From Psychrobacter sp. DM4 (lineage in GTDB: Bacteria; Pseudomonadota; Gammaproteobacteria; Pseudomonadales; Moraxellaceae): 32,000 nucleotides of DNA. Where the stretch lies: the NCBI RefSeq assembly GCF_051307035.1, contig NZ_CP195536.1, positions 750,001 through 782,000 of the forward strand, given 5' to 3'. Of the stretch, positions 19,445 through 28,437 are shown in pieces. A model generated the notes under the pieces. The model saw only the letters and a program-made list of their open reading frames with translations, was not told the origin of the DNA and did no database searches. Within the stretch, counting starts at the first letter, position 1; the number at the start of each line of letters is the position of its first letter. The position numbers and the translations under genes were made by a program.

Positions 19445-20893
19445 GGGCTGATGCCTTATGCGCCTATTATTATCGTCGTGATAACGGTGCTGCTAGTAAT
19501 GATAGCGATTACTATCAAGCGCTCGCATACGATTACAGGCACGATCACTGTTGCTGGATTAAATATCGCACTATTTACCTTAATCGGTCAAATGCTAGGC
19601 ATAATTGAACGCGAGTCTCTATTACCTACTGCCGAACAGCTGTTTGTAGTGGATAACTTTGCACAGTTCAACATGATGATTATTCTCGTCTGCGCGCTGG
19701 CTTGCTGTACGTTGTCTTATGCTTATCTGGCAAATTTAAAGGATAATAAAGAAGAGCTGTATATGCTCATCTTGATTTCTACTGTCGGTGCGCTACTGAT
19801 GGTGTGCGCGCAGCATCTAGCGGCGTTCTTTATGAGCTTAGAGCTGCTCTCAGTGCCACTCTATGGCTTGCTCGCTTATACGTTCTTACGTGAGAAGTCC
19901 CTTGAGTCAGGGCTTAAGTATCTCGTGTTATCGGCGGCGGCTTCAGCGACTTTGCTCATGGGTATGGCGTTTATTTACGCGCAGGTCGGCTCATTAGGGT
20001 TCAAGTCTATTAGTATTATGCTTGCAGATTCCTTTGAGTCGCCGCTATTGATACTTGGCGTGGCTATGATGATGTTCGGTATCGCCTTTAAACTATCAGC
20101 AGCTCCTTTTCATGCTTGGACGCCTGATGTCTATGAAGGCGCTCCTGCACCTATTGCGACTTATCTAGCTTCAGTCTCGAAAGTGGCGATGATGGCGCTT
20201 GCGGTCAGATTCTTGATTGATACCTCACTGCTTGCTCTACCGTCTGTACAGATGCTATTGATGGTTATGGCCACGTTGTCTATCTTGGTGGGTAACCTGC
20301 TAGCGGTACGTCAGACTAACCTTAAGCGCCTGCTTGGGTATTCCTCCATCGCTCATATGGGTTATGTGCTGATCGTTATCGTAAGTCTTGGCGCGGGTGC
20401 TGATAGTATCTCTAGTATGTATATGGCAGTGTACGCTTTTACATCCATCGGTGCGTTTGGCGTTGTGACCTTGATGTCAAGTCCTTACAGACTCTCAGGA
20501 GAGGCAGATGAGTTGGTACATTACCAAGGTCTGTTTTGGCGTCGTCCCGTACTGACTGCCGTCATGACGATTATGATGTTATCGCTTGCCGGTATTCCGC
20601 TGACGGCAGGCTTTATTACCAAGCTATTTGCAGTACTCGCTGCGGTACAAGGTACCAATTGGTTCTTGGCGGCGATGATCATCTTGGGTAGCTCTATTGG
20701 TCTGTTCTATTACCTGCGCGTCATGCTAACGCTATTTAAACGTCCAAAGGCTTATGTAGAGTTCGATGTGTCTGGACAATGGGGCCTGCGTACTGGCGGT
20801 ATTATGGTCATTGGCGTGACTTTGGCTATTCTCTTCTTCGGGATTTTACCGAATAGTATGATTGAATGGGCAAGTATCGCACGTGTCTGGTAA
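19415..20893 (+). CDS. nuoN: NADH-quinone oxidoreductase subunit N
   Basis: ND2/NuoN motif FKLSAAPFHAWTPDVYEGAPAPIATYL. The exact start is ambiguous among the clustered ATGs within 19415-19453 (at least 19415, 19427, 19430 and 19442). GGAGG lies 11 nt upstream of 19415. Confidence 0.93.
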   Translation: MNDFMMNDLMGLMPYAPIIIVVITVLLVMIAITIKRSHTITGTITVAGLNIALFTLIGQMLGIIERESLLPTAEQLFVVDNFAQFNMMIILVCALACCTLSYAYLANLKDNKEELYMLILISTVGALLMVCAQHLAAFFMSLELLSVPLYGLLAYTFLREKSLESGLKYLVLSAAASATLLMGMAFIYAQVGSLGFKSISIMLADSFESPLLILGVAMMMFGIAFKLSAAPFHAWTPDVYEGAPAPIATYLASVSKVAMMALAVRFLIDTSLLALPSVQMLLMVMATLSILVGNLLAVRQTNLKRLLGYSSIAHMGYVLIVIVSLGAGADSISSMYMAVYAFTSIGAFGVVTLMSSPYRLSGEADELVHYQGLFWRRPVLTAVMTIMMLSLAGIPLTAGFITKLFAVLAAVQGTNWFLAAMIILGSSIGLFYYLRVMLTLFKRPKAYVEFDVSGQWGLRTGGIMVIGVTLAILFFGILPNSMIEWASIARVW

Positions 20894-20953
20894 AAGCTAA
20901 AATAGTAAAGATGAATAGGGTCTATTACTGATAACAACACTGACAAAACCAAG

Positions 20954-20990
20954 GTGCGCTAAGTTTATGTTAAGCTTAGCGCACTTTTTT
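20954..20990 (+). terminator. Rho-independent terminator of the nuo operon
   Basis: Perfect 10-bp stem GTGCGCTAAG / CTTAGCGCAC with an 11-nt loop, followed by TTTTTT. Confidence 0.85.
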
Positions 20991-21054
20991 GCTATTAGCT
21001 TTTTACTATTAGCCATCAAAATCTTGATAATAAGATCTATAAGAGGTTACTGCT

Positions 21055-21876
21055 ATGAGCGACAACATTCAAACTGTCAAAGTACTAAGTAAAACCACTT
21101 GGACGCCTAATTTATTTAGCTTTACCGTTAGCCGTCCTGATAGCTTTAAATTTACCGCAGGACAATTTGTACGCTTGGGTGTCAATCCTAGCCAGTTAAA
21201 GTATTACCAGCACTTTAATAACCAAACTGACGTCAATGCGCCTGATGAAGATATCTTTCGTGCTTACTCCATCGTGTCGTCACCCTTTGATGAGGTGCTA
21301 GAGTTTTTTTCTATTGTCATCGCTGATGGTGCATTTACATCTCAGCTTCAGTATCTAGAAGTGGGCGATGAGTTACTACTTAATATGACGTCGTTTGGGT
21401 TTTTGACCTTGGCTCGCTACCAAAAGCCAGAACCAAAAGATCTATGGTTACTAGCGACAGGTACAGGCCTTGCGCCGTTTTTGTCAATGCTACAGGACTT
21501 GCAGACGTGGCAGGATTATGAGCAGATTATCTTGGCCTATAGTGCGCGAAGTCTTGATGAGCTCGCCTATGTTGAGCAGATTGAGCGCTTGCAAGAGGAT
21601 TTTGGCTCACTAGTTGATAATCCTGCGACGTTCACCTTTATTCCTATTGTCACTCGCGAAACGATTGAGGGTGCATTAAGCGATCGATTACCTAAGCTAC
21701 TCACAGATGGCACCTTACAGGAACGTGCTGGCCTAGCACTCGATATCGATAGTACTCATATTATGCTGTGCGGTAATCCTGATATGGTGGAGGATACCAA
21801 AGAGACTCTAAAGGCTCTAGGTTTAGTCATGAATCGCCGCGGTGAGGGCAATATAGCTGTCGAAAATTATTGGTAA
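21055..21876 (+). CDS. fpr: Ferredoxin/flavodoxin-NADP+ reductase
   Basis: FNR-family motifs GQFVRLG, RAYSIVSSP, LLATGTGLAPFLSML, IMLCGNPDMV and the C-terminal ENYW (E. coli Fpr also ends in ...HYW). AAGAGG SD. Confidence 0.9.
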   Translation: MSDNIQTVKVLSKTTWTPNLFSFTVSRPDSFKFTAGQFVRLGVNPSQLKYYQHFNNQTDVNAPDEDIFRAYSIVSSPFDEVLEFFSIVIADGAFTSQLQYLEVGDELLLNMTSFGFLTLARYQKPEPKDLWLLATGTGLAPFLSMLQDLQTWQDYEQIILAYSARSLDELAYVEQIERLQEDFGSLVDNPATFTFIPIVTRETIEGALSDRLPKLLTDGTLQERAGLALDIDSTHIMLCGNPDMVEDTKETLKALGLVMNRRGEGNIAVENYW

Positions 21877-21910
21877 TTAGTGGTCAAAAGATTAGCGTAG
21901 TAAAAACAAA

Positions 21911-21944
21911 AAAGACGGACTAGCCAATTGCTAATCCGTCTTTT
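21911..21944. terminator. Bidirectional intrinsic terminator between the convergent fpr and hypothetical genes
   Basis: Stem GACGGACTAG / CTAATCCGTC (one mismatch) with a 7-nt loop. An A-run lies 5' and a T-run 3', so each strand reads as a hairpin followed by a U-tract. Confidence 0.8.
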
Positions 21945-21963
21945 ATTGTTGAGATAAAACAAC

Positions 21964-22776
21964 TTATACCTTGCTAGGTTCAGTCGCATCCTCTACAGGA
22001 TGGATCGGACCTTTCATCAGCTCAGGCTCACCGCCCGTACCGTAATAGCTATCGTCTAAATCATTGTTCTTATCATCGTCATTGATAATGTCCTCACCAC
22101 TACTACCACCGAGCAAGTCACGATAGTTAACTTGAGTCTTTAGTACCATTTGCTGCTCTTCAACTGTGCCATAGTTCACTTGCACCTTGCGTAGGGTGCT
22201 CATGATTTTTTGATTCTTTTTGAGCCAGCGATTGATATCGAGATAGATAATCTCGTCTTTGGCGCGTGCGATATTGATATAAGATAGAATAAATCCCAAA
22301 GGATCTTTTTTGAGGATACTATGATAAAACCAAACAACGAGTTTGACGCCTTGACGTTTAATAAAGGATTCACAGCGCAGATTGAGCACGTCAGTGTTGG
22401 TTAATTGACCAAAGACAAAACGTTGAACATTACGGTCAAGTTGCACATGGACTAAGCTAAAATTACTCGCCACTTCGGCATAAATCCCAGCAGCATTGAT
22501 AGTACAAAACAGACGGAACCAATCCTCATGAAGCTCGACGCGTATCTCTAAGATAGCACCTACATTGTCAGTGACGAACTTTTGCAGCGCATCGTTAACA
22601 TATTGCTCAGCTACTGGTATTGATAGCTCATCTTCAATCTTGTTAGTCGTCTTGTTATATAGATTTTTGATCGCTTGCGAGACATTGCTCCAGCCATCAC
22701 TAAATGAATCGCTGAAGCGATCACCCATGTTTTCAAAGAAATGATCAAATTTGTCTGAACGATCAAAGTTACTCAA
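21964..22776 (-). CDS. Hypothetical cytoplasmic protein (270 aa), no family recognised
   Basis: Long clean ORF with a TTG start preceded by AAGGA at 8-nt spacing. It has its own terminator and its own upstream region. There is no signal peptide or TM segment, and the C-terminus is acidic and low-complexity. I see no recognisable motifs. Confidence 0.7.
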   Translation of the reverse strand: MSNFDRSDKFDHFFENMGDRFSDSFSDGWSNVSQAIKNLYNKTTNKIEDELSIPVAEQYVNDALQKFVTDNVGAILEIRVELHEDWFRLFCTINAAGIYAEVASNFSLVHVQLDRNVQRFVFGQLTNTDVLNLRCESFIKRQGVKLVVWFYHSILKKDPLGFILSYINIARAKDEIIYLDINRWLKKNQKIMSTLRKVQVNYGTVEEQQMVLKTQVNYRDLLGGSSGEDIINDDDKNNDLDDSYYGTGGEPELMKGPIHPVEDATEPSKV

Positions 22777-23061
22777 ACTGATTATCCTTGTGCATAATTA
22801 TAATATATCTGATGAAAGGTGGTGAATCGTACAAGAGTAAAAACACACTATACTTTATAGCATGTGCTCATGACTAAAAATAGTATATAGCATTGAGCGG
22901 TACTACAAAACCGATAGGCCGACATTGTAGCAAATCACCTCAATAAAATAGTACAAACACAACAGCGCATAGTTGCCATGATTTGAGGGTATAGCCGTTT
23001 AATCGCGCCTCATGTTATGATAGTGTCCAGATCATTTTAGTGGTTAAAGCTGAGATTCCTT

Positions 23062-23949
23062 GTGACTCCTATTCAAGACTCATATCATCATCATTTTTCA
23101 GCGAAAGCGCTCAAAAAAAATATCAGCTTGCCGGTCGCTATTTTTATAGCTATTACTGTGCACGCTATGGTTATCTTCGGTATTGGCTTTTCAGCAGGGC
23201 AAGAACCTGCGGCCGTCATGCAAGATGTGGCTCAAGTGTTGACGGATAATATGACGCCCAATAAAGAGGCAAACTTTATCGCTAATGGCTCACAAGAGGG
23301 CAGCGGTACGGTCGCTGAGAGGGTTAGACAAGAGAGCGCTCATATCAGCTCTATGCCAGCACTACAGATCAGCCAAACCCAAGATATCGTTACCTTACAG
23401 AGACAAGTGCGGCAACAGCGGCATCAAGAGAGCTACCTGCGTACGACGCTGAGCTGGCGTCAAGCGAGCATTGAGTCTGACAACGACAGCAAACAGGCAC
23501 AAGATAATGTAATTGTACAAGAGGCGCGTTTGCGCAAACAGATTGCAACTTTGGAGACGCAGCTATCGCAGCGCCAACAGGTCTATGCCACCCAATCAAA
23601 AGCTGTCACGTTAGATAGCAATTCGACGACCAAAGGCGCGGCAGCTGATTATCTCAATACTTTTCGTGAGTACGTAGAGCGCGTTGGCAACCTGAATTAT
23701 CCAGCGCAGGCGCGTACGCAAGGTATCACTGGTGAGGTGCGGTTGATGGTTATCTTAAATAACGACGGTACGATCAAGGCCATTAGCCTGCTTGAGAGTT
23801 CAGGATCGACGATATTAGATGAAGGGGCTAAACAATCGGTACGTAAAGCCGCGCCCTTTGGCAAATTCACTAAAGATATGAGCGATATTTTTGAGCTACG
23901 TCTGATTCGTACTTATCGATACAGCGATACTGTCGAAGTCATTTATTAA
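23062..23949 (+). CDS. TonB C-terminal-domain protein (energy-transducer-like), membrane anchored
   Basis: GTG start. One N-terminal TM (ISLPVAIFIAITVHAMVIFGIGF). The C-terminal TonB_C-like block is YPAQARTQGITGEVRLMVILNNDGTIKAISLLESSGSTILDEGAKQSVRKAAPF. The middle region is Gln/Arg-rich rather than Pro-rich. Confidence 0.8.
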   Translation: MTPIQDSYHHHFSAKALKKNISLPVAIFIAITVHAMVIFGIGFSAGQEPAAVMQDVAQVLTDNMTPNKEANFIANGSQEGSGTVAERVRQESAHISSMPALQISQTQDIVTLQRQVRQQRHQESYLRTTLSWRQASIESDNDSKQAQDNVIVQEARLRKQIATLETQLSQRQQVYATQSKAVTLDSNSTTKGAAADYLNTFREYVERVGNLNYPAQARTQGITGEVRLMVILNNDGTIKAISLLESSGSTILDEGAKQSVRKAAPFGKFTKDMSDIFELRLIRTYRYSDTVEVIY

Positions 23950-24037
23950 AGATGTTACTTACTAAGTGGTCTTGCAGATGAATAATTAAAGCTTGAGACT
24001 GCTAACCTTCAAAATTATTAAATGTTAAAGAGTTAAT

Positions 24038-24913
24038 ATGGAATTTTTAGGATTTACTTTCGATATCGCAGCATTGACCCACAATACGCTAACCGTACTT
24101 GCCAAGATTGCTTTAGCGCTTTTGATATTTGTCATAGGACGCTGGATTGCCAAAAAGCTGGTGACTTTTATCAATCGTATGATGGTGCGCAGCCACTTAG
24201 AAGCCACTGCGGCCAATTTTTTGAGTCGTTTGCTCTATGGTATTTTATTGGTCATCGTCATATTGGCAGCGCTTAATGAGATCGGGGTACATACTACTTC
24301 TGTTGTCGCCATCTTGGGCGGCGCGGCAGTAGCGATTGGTTTATCGCTTAAAGATCAGCTATCAAACTTTGCTGCGGGTATTATAATTGTGACCTTTCGC
24401 CCTTTTGTAAAAGGCGATTATGTGCAAATTAGCAGCTACACTGGAACGGTCACTGAAATTACTTTGGTCAACACTCATCTAACCACAATCAACAATCATG
24501 ACGTCATTATCCCTAATGGTGATATTACCACCTCAGCGGTCGTCAACTATACTGCGCTGCCCAATCGCCGCGTCGATATCACTATAGGTGTCGGTTACGA
24601 CGCTGATATCAAAAGAGCTAAAGATCTAATACTAAAATTGGCTAAAGAGAACCCTGTTGCTTTTGATGATCCCGAGCCTATCGTTCGAGTCACCAATTTG
24701 GGGGATAACTCAGTTGATTTAACTCTAAATGTTTGGACCACTAATGCTGATTGGTGGTCGATGCAATGCGCTTTGCTCGAGCAATTTAAAGAGGTGTTCG
24801 ACAGTGAGAAAATCGACATTCCTTTCCCGCAGCGGAGCGTTCATATCAAAGGCTTGGATCAGATGATGACTAATATGGATCAATCACAGAAAATACCGAT
24901 GGATAAGGACTAA
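24038..24913 (+). CDS. mscS: Small-conductance mechanosensitive channel
   Basis: Collinear with E. coli MscS over its full length (3 TMs; ...TSVVAILGGAAVAIGLSLKDQLSNFAAGIIIVTFRPF..GDYV...G.V.EI...T...T.....VIIPNG). Its length, 291 aa, is similar to E. coli MscS. Confidence 0.9.
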   Translation: MEFLGFTFDIAALTHNTLTVLAKIALALLIFVIGRWIAKKLVTFINRMMVRSHLEATAANFLSRLLYGILLVIVILAALNEIGVHTTSVVAILGGAAVAIGLSLKDQLSNFAAGIIIVTFRPFVKGDYVQISSYTGTVTEITLVNTHLTTINNHDVIIPNGDITTSAVVNYTALPNRRVDITIGVGYDADIKRAKDLILKLAKENPVAFDDPEPIVRVTNLGDNSVDLTLNVWTTNADWWSMQCALLEQFKEVFDSEKIDIPFPQRSVHIKGLDQMMTNMDQSQKIPMDKD

Positions 24914-24930
24914 AGCGATTGAGTCAACTA

Positions 24931-25518
24931 TCAAAGATAAGGGTTAGATATCTCTAATCCTGCCAGTATCTCAATCTCAAAGCGCTCCATCTCGTCTTGT
25001 TCAACTTGACCGATTTCATGATCGAAGCCTAGCAGATGCAAGATGCCATGTACTATTAAATGGCTGATATGCTGCGCTAGGCTTTTGTTTTGCTCGGCAG
25101 CTTCGCACGCGACTACCTTGTGACAGATGATTAGCTCACCCAAAGGCAACGTCGGCATCAACTCTATGATACTGGCAGGTAAATCACTTGGATAAGACAA
25201 AATATTAGTCGCATAATCCTTATTTCGCGCCTCCCTATTGAGCGCGCGTCCTTCAGGCTCATCGGTAATATAAATATCTAGTGACTTAGCTTTGCTTTGC
25301 CAAAGCGCCTCACTGATATCTGCAAGGTAGGGTAGCACTAAATCATCCGTCATGCGCTTATCTATATAATCAAGCGTTGCTACCATGACACTTGTTAAGT
25401 TTTTATAATTATAAAATGTCTCTACGGTGTCAGCATCTATAGTCTCAATAGCACTAATATCTAAATCGGCGCTGTATGAGTCGGCGCTACTTTTGTCATC
25501 TCTATTATCTTTGCTCAT
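24931..25518 (-). CDS. ybeY: Endoribonuclease YbeY (rRNA maturation factor)
   Basis: Zinc-binding motif HLIVHGILHLLGFDHE. It lies downstream of phoH as in E. coli ybeZ-ybeY. The ORF-track start at 25551 is a TTG inside a tandem repeat; I prefer the ATG at 25518 (MSKDN...), which has AGGGA about 9 nt upstream. Confidence 0.9.
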   Translation of the reverse strand: MSKDNRDDKSSADSYSADLDISAIETIDADTVETFYNYKNLTSVMVATLDYIDKRMTDDLVLPYLADISEALWQSKAKSLDIYITDEPEGRALNREARNKDYATNILSYPSDLPASIIELMPTLPLGELIICHKVVACEAAEQNKSLAQHISHLIVHGILHLLGFDHEIGQVEQDEMERFEIEILAGLEISNPYL

Positions 25519-25530
25519 TACAGTATCCCT

Positions 25531-25554
25531 GTTATGCAAAAAGTTATGCAAAAA
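25531..25554. repeat. Perfect 12-bp tandem duplication (GTTATGCAAAAA x2) in the phoH-ybeY spacer
   Basis: Read directly. On the coding (minus) strand it reads TTTTTGCATAAC x2, immediately upstream of the ybeY SD. Confidence 0.9.
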
Positions 25555-25598
25555 AACCGAACATGTAGTCCGGTTTTAAATCAAAATTATTATGCTAA

Positions 25599-26684
25599 CT
25601 AGAGCTTAGCTGCTGCATCTGTTATGGCCTGCCGGCGCTCTTGCTCTTTAATCCGTTCAAACTTACGCTTTTCTTGTAGCTCAAACTGTTCATCATCGAA
25701 CACATCATATGCTTCGACAATCTTTTGCACCAGTTGATGGCGTACTACGTCTTTTGAATCAAACTTAGTGATATGAATCTCTTCGATACCGCTTAAGATA
25801 TCCATCGCTTGTGCAAGACCCGATTTGCTACCACGCGGCAGATCGACTTGAGTGATATCACCTGTAATTACCGCGCGCGAGCCAAAGCCTAAACGTGTTA
25901 AGAACATTTTCATTTGCTCAGGAGTGGTGTTTTGCGCCTCATCCAAAATCACAAATGAGTTATTTAAGGTACGACCACGCATATAAGCGAGTGGGGCAAC
26001 TTCAATAACTTGACGCTCAAGCATCTTACCGACCTTTTCAAAGCCGAGCATCTCATATAAGGCGTCATAAAGCGGACGTAAATACGGATCGATTTTTTGC
26101 GTTAAATCACCCGGCAAGAACCCAAGTTTCTCACCAGCTTCTACCGCAGGGCGCACGAGCAAAATCCGCTCAATCTCGTTACGCTCAATCATATCGACCG
26201 CACAGGCGACAGCCAGATAAGTCTTACCGGTACCCGCAGGACCGATGCCAAAGGACACATCAGAGTTTAAGATATTTTTGACATAAGCTTGCTGATTGCC
26301 GCCGCGTGGGATGATTCGGCCTTTGCGCGTACGCAGACTAATGGGTGTGAACTCGTCCGCATCATCGTATTCATCTTCATCATGCTCTCTATTCAGCTCG
26401 TCATCTGCCATATCCTGTTCACGCGAGATACTCGCTTGAATAATGAGGTGAAGTTCAGCTGCACTAATATCTTTGGTGTTCTGTGCTTCGTCCACCATCT
26501 TATAAATGATGCGTTCACCGCGCTCAACATTAGTGATATCACCACTTAAACAAAAATCACCTTGGCGCTGACTGATCTTGATATCGAGGCGCTCTTGGAT
26601 ATACTTCATGTGATTGTTGTATTCACCAAGCACAGTTTTGAGCTGTGCTGGGGTAAGCGATTCAAACTTGATACGGCGGCTCAT
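25599..26684 (-). CDS. ybeZ: PhoH-like ATPase (YbeZ)
   Basis: Walker A GPAGTGKTYLAV. The long collinear block RPAVEAGEKLGFLPGDL.QK.DPYLRPLYDAL.EMLGFEKV...VIEVAPLAYMRGRTLN..F.ILDE.QNTT.EQMKMFLTR.GF is close to E. coli YbeZ. The ORF-track start at 26762 is a TTG; the ATG at 26684 (MSRRIKFE...) aligns with the E. coli N-terminus. Confidence 0.92.
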   Translation of the reverse strand: MSRRIKFESLTPAQLKTVLGEYNNHMKYIQERLDIKISQRQGDFCLSGDITNVERGERIIYKMVDEAQNTKDISAAELHLIIQASISREQDMADDELNREHDEDEYDDADEFTPISLRTRKGRIIPRGGNQQAYVKNILNSDVSFGIGPAGTGKTYLAVACAVDMIERNEIERILLVRPAVEAGEKLGFLPGDLTQKIDPYLRPLYDALYEMLGFEKVGKMLERQVIEVAPLAYMRGRTLNNSFVILDEAQNTTPEQMKMFLTRLGFGSRAVITGDITQVDLPRGSKSGLAQAMDILSGIEEIHITKFDSKDVVRHQLVQKIVEAYDVFDDEQFELQEKRKFERIKEQERRQAITDAAAKL

Positions 26685-27063
26685 GGAATCAGTCAAATGA
26701 TTATCCTTGTATGGTTGACCCTTATCTTTAGGGCTAAATAGCTGACAGAATGATTGGTGCAATAAGTAAAATCTCTACTCTCATTATGGTTCATAGAATA
26801 TAAATTTCAAGCCAAGCCGCACGCGATAAGGGTCTGTTTTTGTATGGCGATTGCAACTGTTACCGTCGATAATAGCTCTTTGGTTCAATAACTGCTATTT
26901 GCTAATCTATCTACGGTATAGGTATCGTCAAAGTCAGCAAGGAAGCAGAATGCAAGGGGTACAACTTGTGGTAATCTATCCTTTAAACCTCACTTATACT
27001 TATAAAAATAACACGCCCTAATATTTAAAGTAGACTTATTCAGTCAAAATAGGACAGACAACT

Positions 27064-28371
27064 ATGCATAATGAAGAAGAGACAATAGAGCAAATTTCAA
27101 GTGATTATTCTAATAATAAAGACAGCTTAACGTCTCAGCAAGTACTGATCGCAGGTGGCGGGCATGTCGGCTTGTCTTTTGCCTTACTGCTTGCGCATCA
27201 TGGCATAGCCAGCACGCTACTCGAAAAAAACAGCTATCCTGATATCAGTCCCGACGACGACGAACAGCGCAGTCACTACTTGGACAGCCGTAATACCGCT
27301 TTATCACGGCGTACGGTACAGATTTACCAAGAGATTGGTCTGTGGGATAAGTTACAAAGCCATGCCTGTCGTATCGATGCCGTACAGATCAGCGAGCAGG
27401 GCAGTTTTGGGCGCGCGCAGCTGAGCAAAGAAGAGGAGGGCGTTGAGTCGTTCGGACAAGTGATGGAAAACGCTTGGCTTGGCCGCAAACTACTGCTAGC
27501 AGCCAAAGCGTCGCCACTCATTACGCTCATCGATAATGCCGATGTCACTAGCGTCGAGCAGACCCAAGATAGCGTCAGCTTAGCCTTCTATGATCAGGGC
27601 GATGCGAACGTACAACAGTTGCAAGGCTGCGTACTGGTCGCTTGCGATGGTCGTGATTCAACCGTGCGTCAACTGCTAGATATCGGTACAAAAACTTATG
27701 ATTATGGTCAGACCGCTATCGTTGGTGTTATCGAGACTGATAAGCCGCACGAACATGTCGCTATTGAGCGCTTTAGCCCAGCAGGGCCGCTCGCTGTGTT
27801 GCCACTGACTGATCCTGAGGGTGATGGCAATGATGAGTTCCAAACAGGCTATAGACGCTCGGTGGTATGGGTGTGCCCTACTGGAGATGAGACGCAATAT
27901 TTAGAAGACGATGCGCTCTTCTTAGCGACGATGCAACAGGCCTTTGGTACGCGCGCAGGCACTTTCATTAAAGCAGGTCGTCGCGGCGCGTATCCGCTAA
28001 CACGTGTGCTCGCTGATCAACAAGTCGCTGGGCGCTGCGTTATCATGGGTAATGCCGCCCACACCTTACATCCTGTTGCAGGTCAAGGCTTTAACCTCTG
28101 TATGCGAGATGCGCACGCGCTGGCGCAAATGATGAGCGCGCAGGTGTTAAAGAGTGCTGATATAGGTGATGCCGCTTTGCTAAAACGCTATGAAAAAGCA
28201 CGCCAAACCGATCAAAAACGCGTGATACTTTTTTGTGATGCCGTTGTGCATGGCTTTACCCATTCCAATCCAGCGATTAAGCTTGTGCGTAATGTCGCCT
28301 TACTTGCCTTTGATAAATTACCAAATATCAAACCCTTAGTAGCGACTTATGCGATGGGATTAAAGTCTTAA
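27064..28371 (+). CDS. ubiH: FAD-dependent ubiquinone-biosynthesis monooxygenase, UbiH-like (2-octaprenyl-6-methoxyphenol hydroxylase)
   Basis: Rossmann motif IAGGGHVGLSFALLLA, CDGRDSTVR, and GNAAHTLHPVAGQGFNLCMRD (E. coli UbiH has GNAAQTLHPIAGQGFNLGMRD). A second family member follows, as in ubiH-ubiI. Confidence 0.85.
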   Translation: MHNEEETIEQISSDYSNNKDSLTSQQVLIAGGGHVGLSFALLLAHHGIASTLLEKNSYPDISPDDDEQRSHYLDSRNTALSRRTVQIYQEIGLWDKLQSHACRIDAVQISEQGSFGRAQLSKEEEGVESFGQVMENAWLGRKLLLAAKASPLITLIDNADVTSVEQTQDSVSLAFYDQGDANVQQLQGCVLVACDGRDSTVRQLLDIGTKTYDYGQTAIVGVIETDKPHEHVAIERFSPAGPLAVLPLTDPEGDGNDEFQTGYRRSVVWVCPTGDETQYLEDDALFLATMQQAFGTRAGTFIKAGRRGAYPLTRVLADQQVAGRCVIMGNAAHTLHPVAGQGFNLCMRDAHALAQMMSAQVLKSADIGDAALLKRYEKARQTDQKRVILFCDAVVHGFTHSNPAIKLVRNVALLAFDKLPNIKPLVATYAMGLKS

Positions 28372-28437
28372 TGACTACCTTTAAAGCTTAATAACCCTTT
28401 ATCATATATCTTACAGCTTATATTCTGGATACTAATT

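Noticed and set aside
20992-21013. 8-bp direct repeat CTATTAGC x2 (14-bp period) upstream of fpr, considered as a regulator site
   Set aside because: It is short and isolated and resembles no site I know (for example SoxS/MarA boxes). It could easily be chance.
23040-23249. 69-aa ORF overlapping the 5' end of the TonB-like gene in another frame
   Set aside because: The overlapping frame from 23062 continues for 295 aa into a recognisable TonB_C domain. The short frame is Arg/Cys/Tyr-rich noise.
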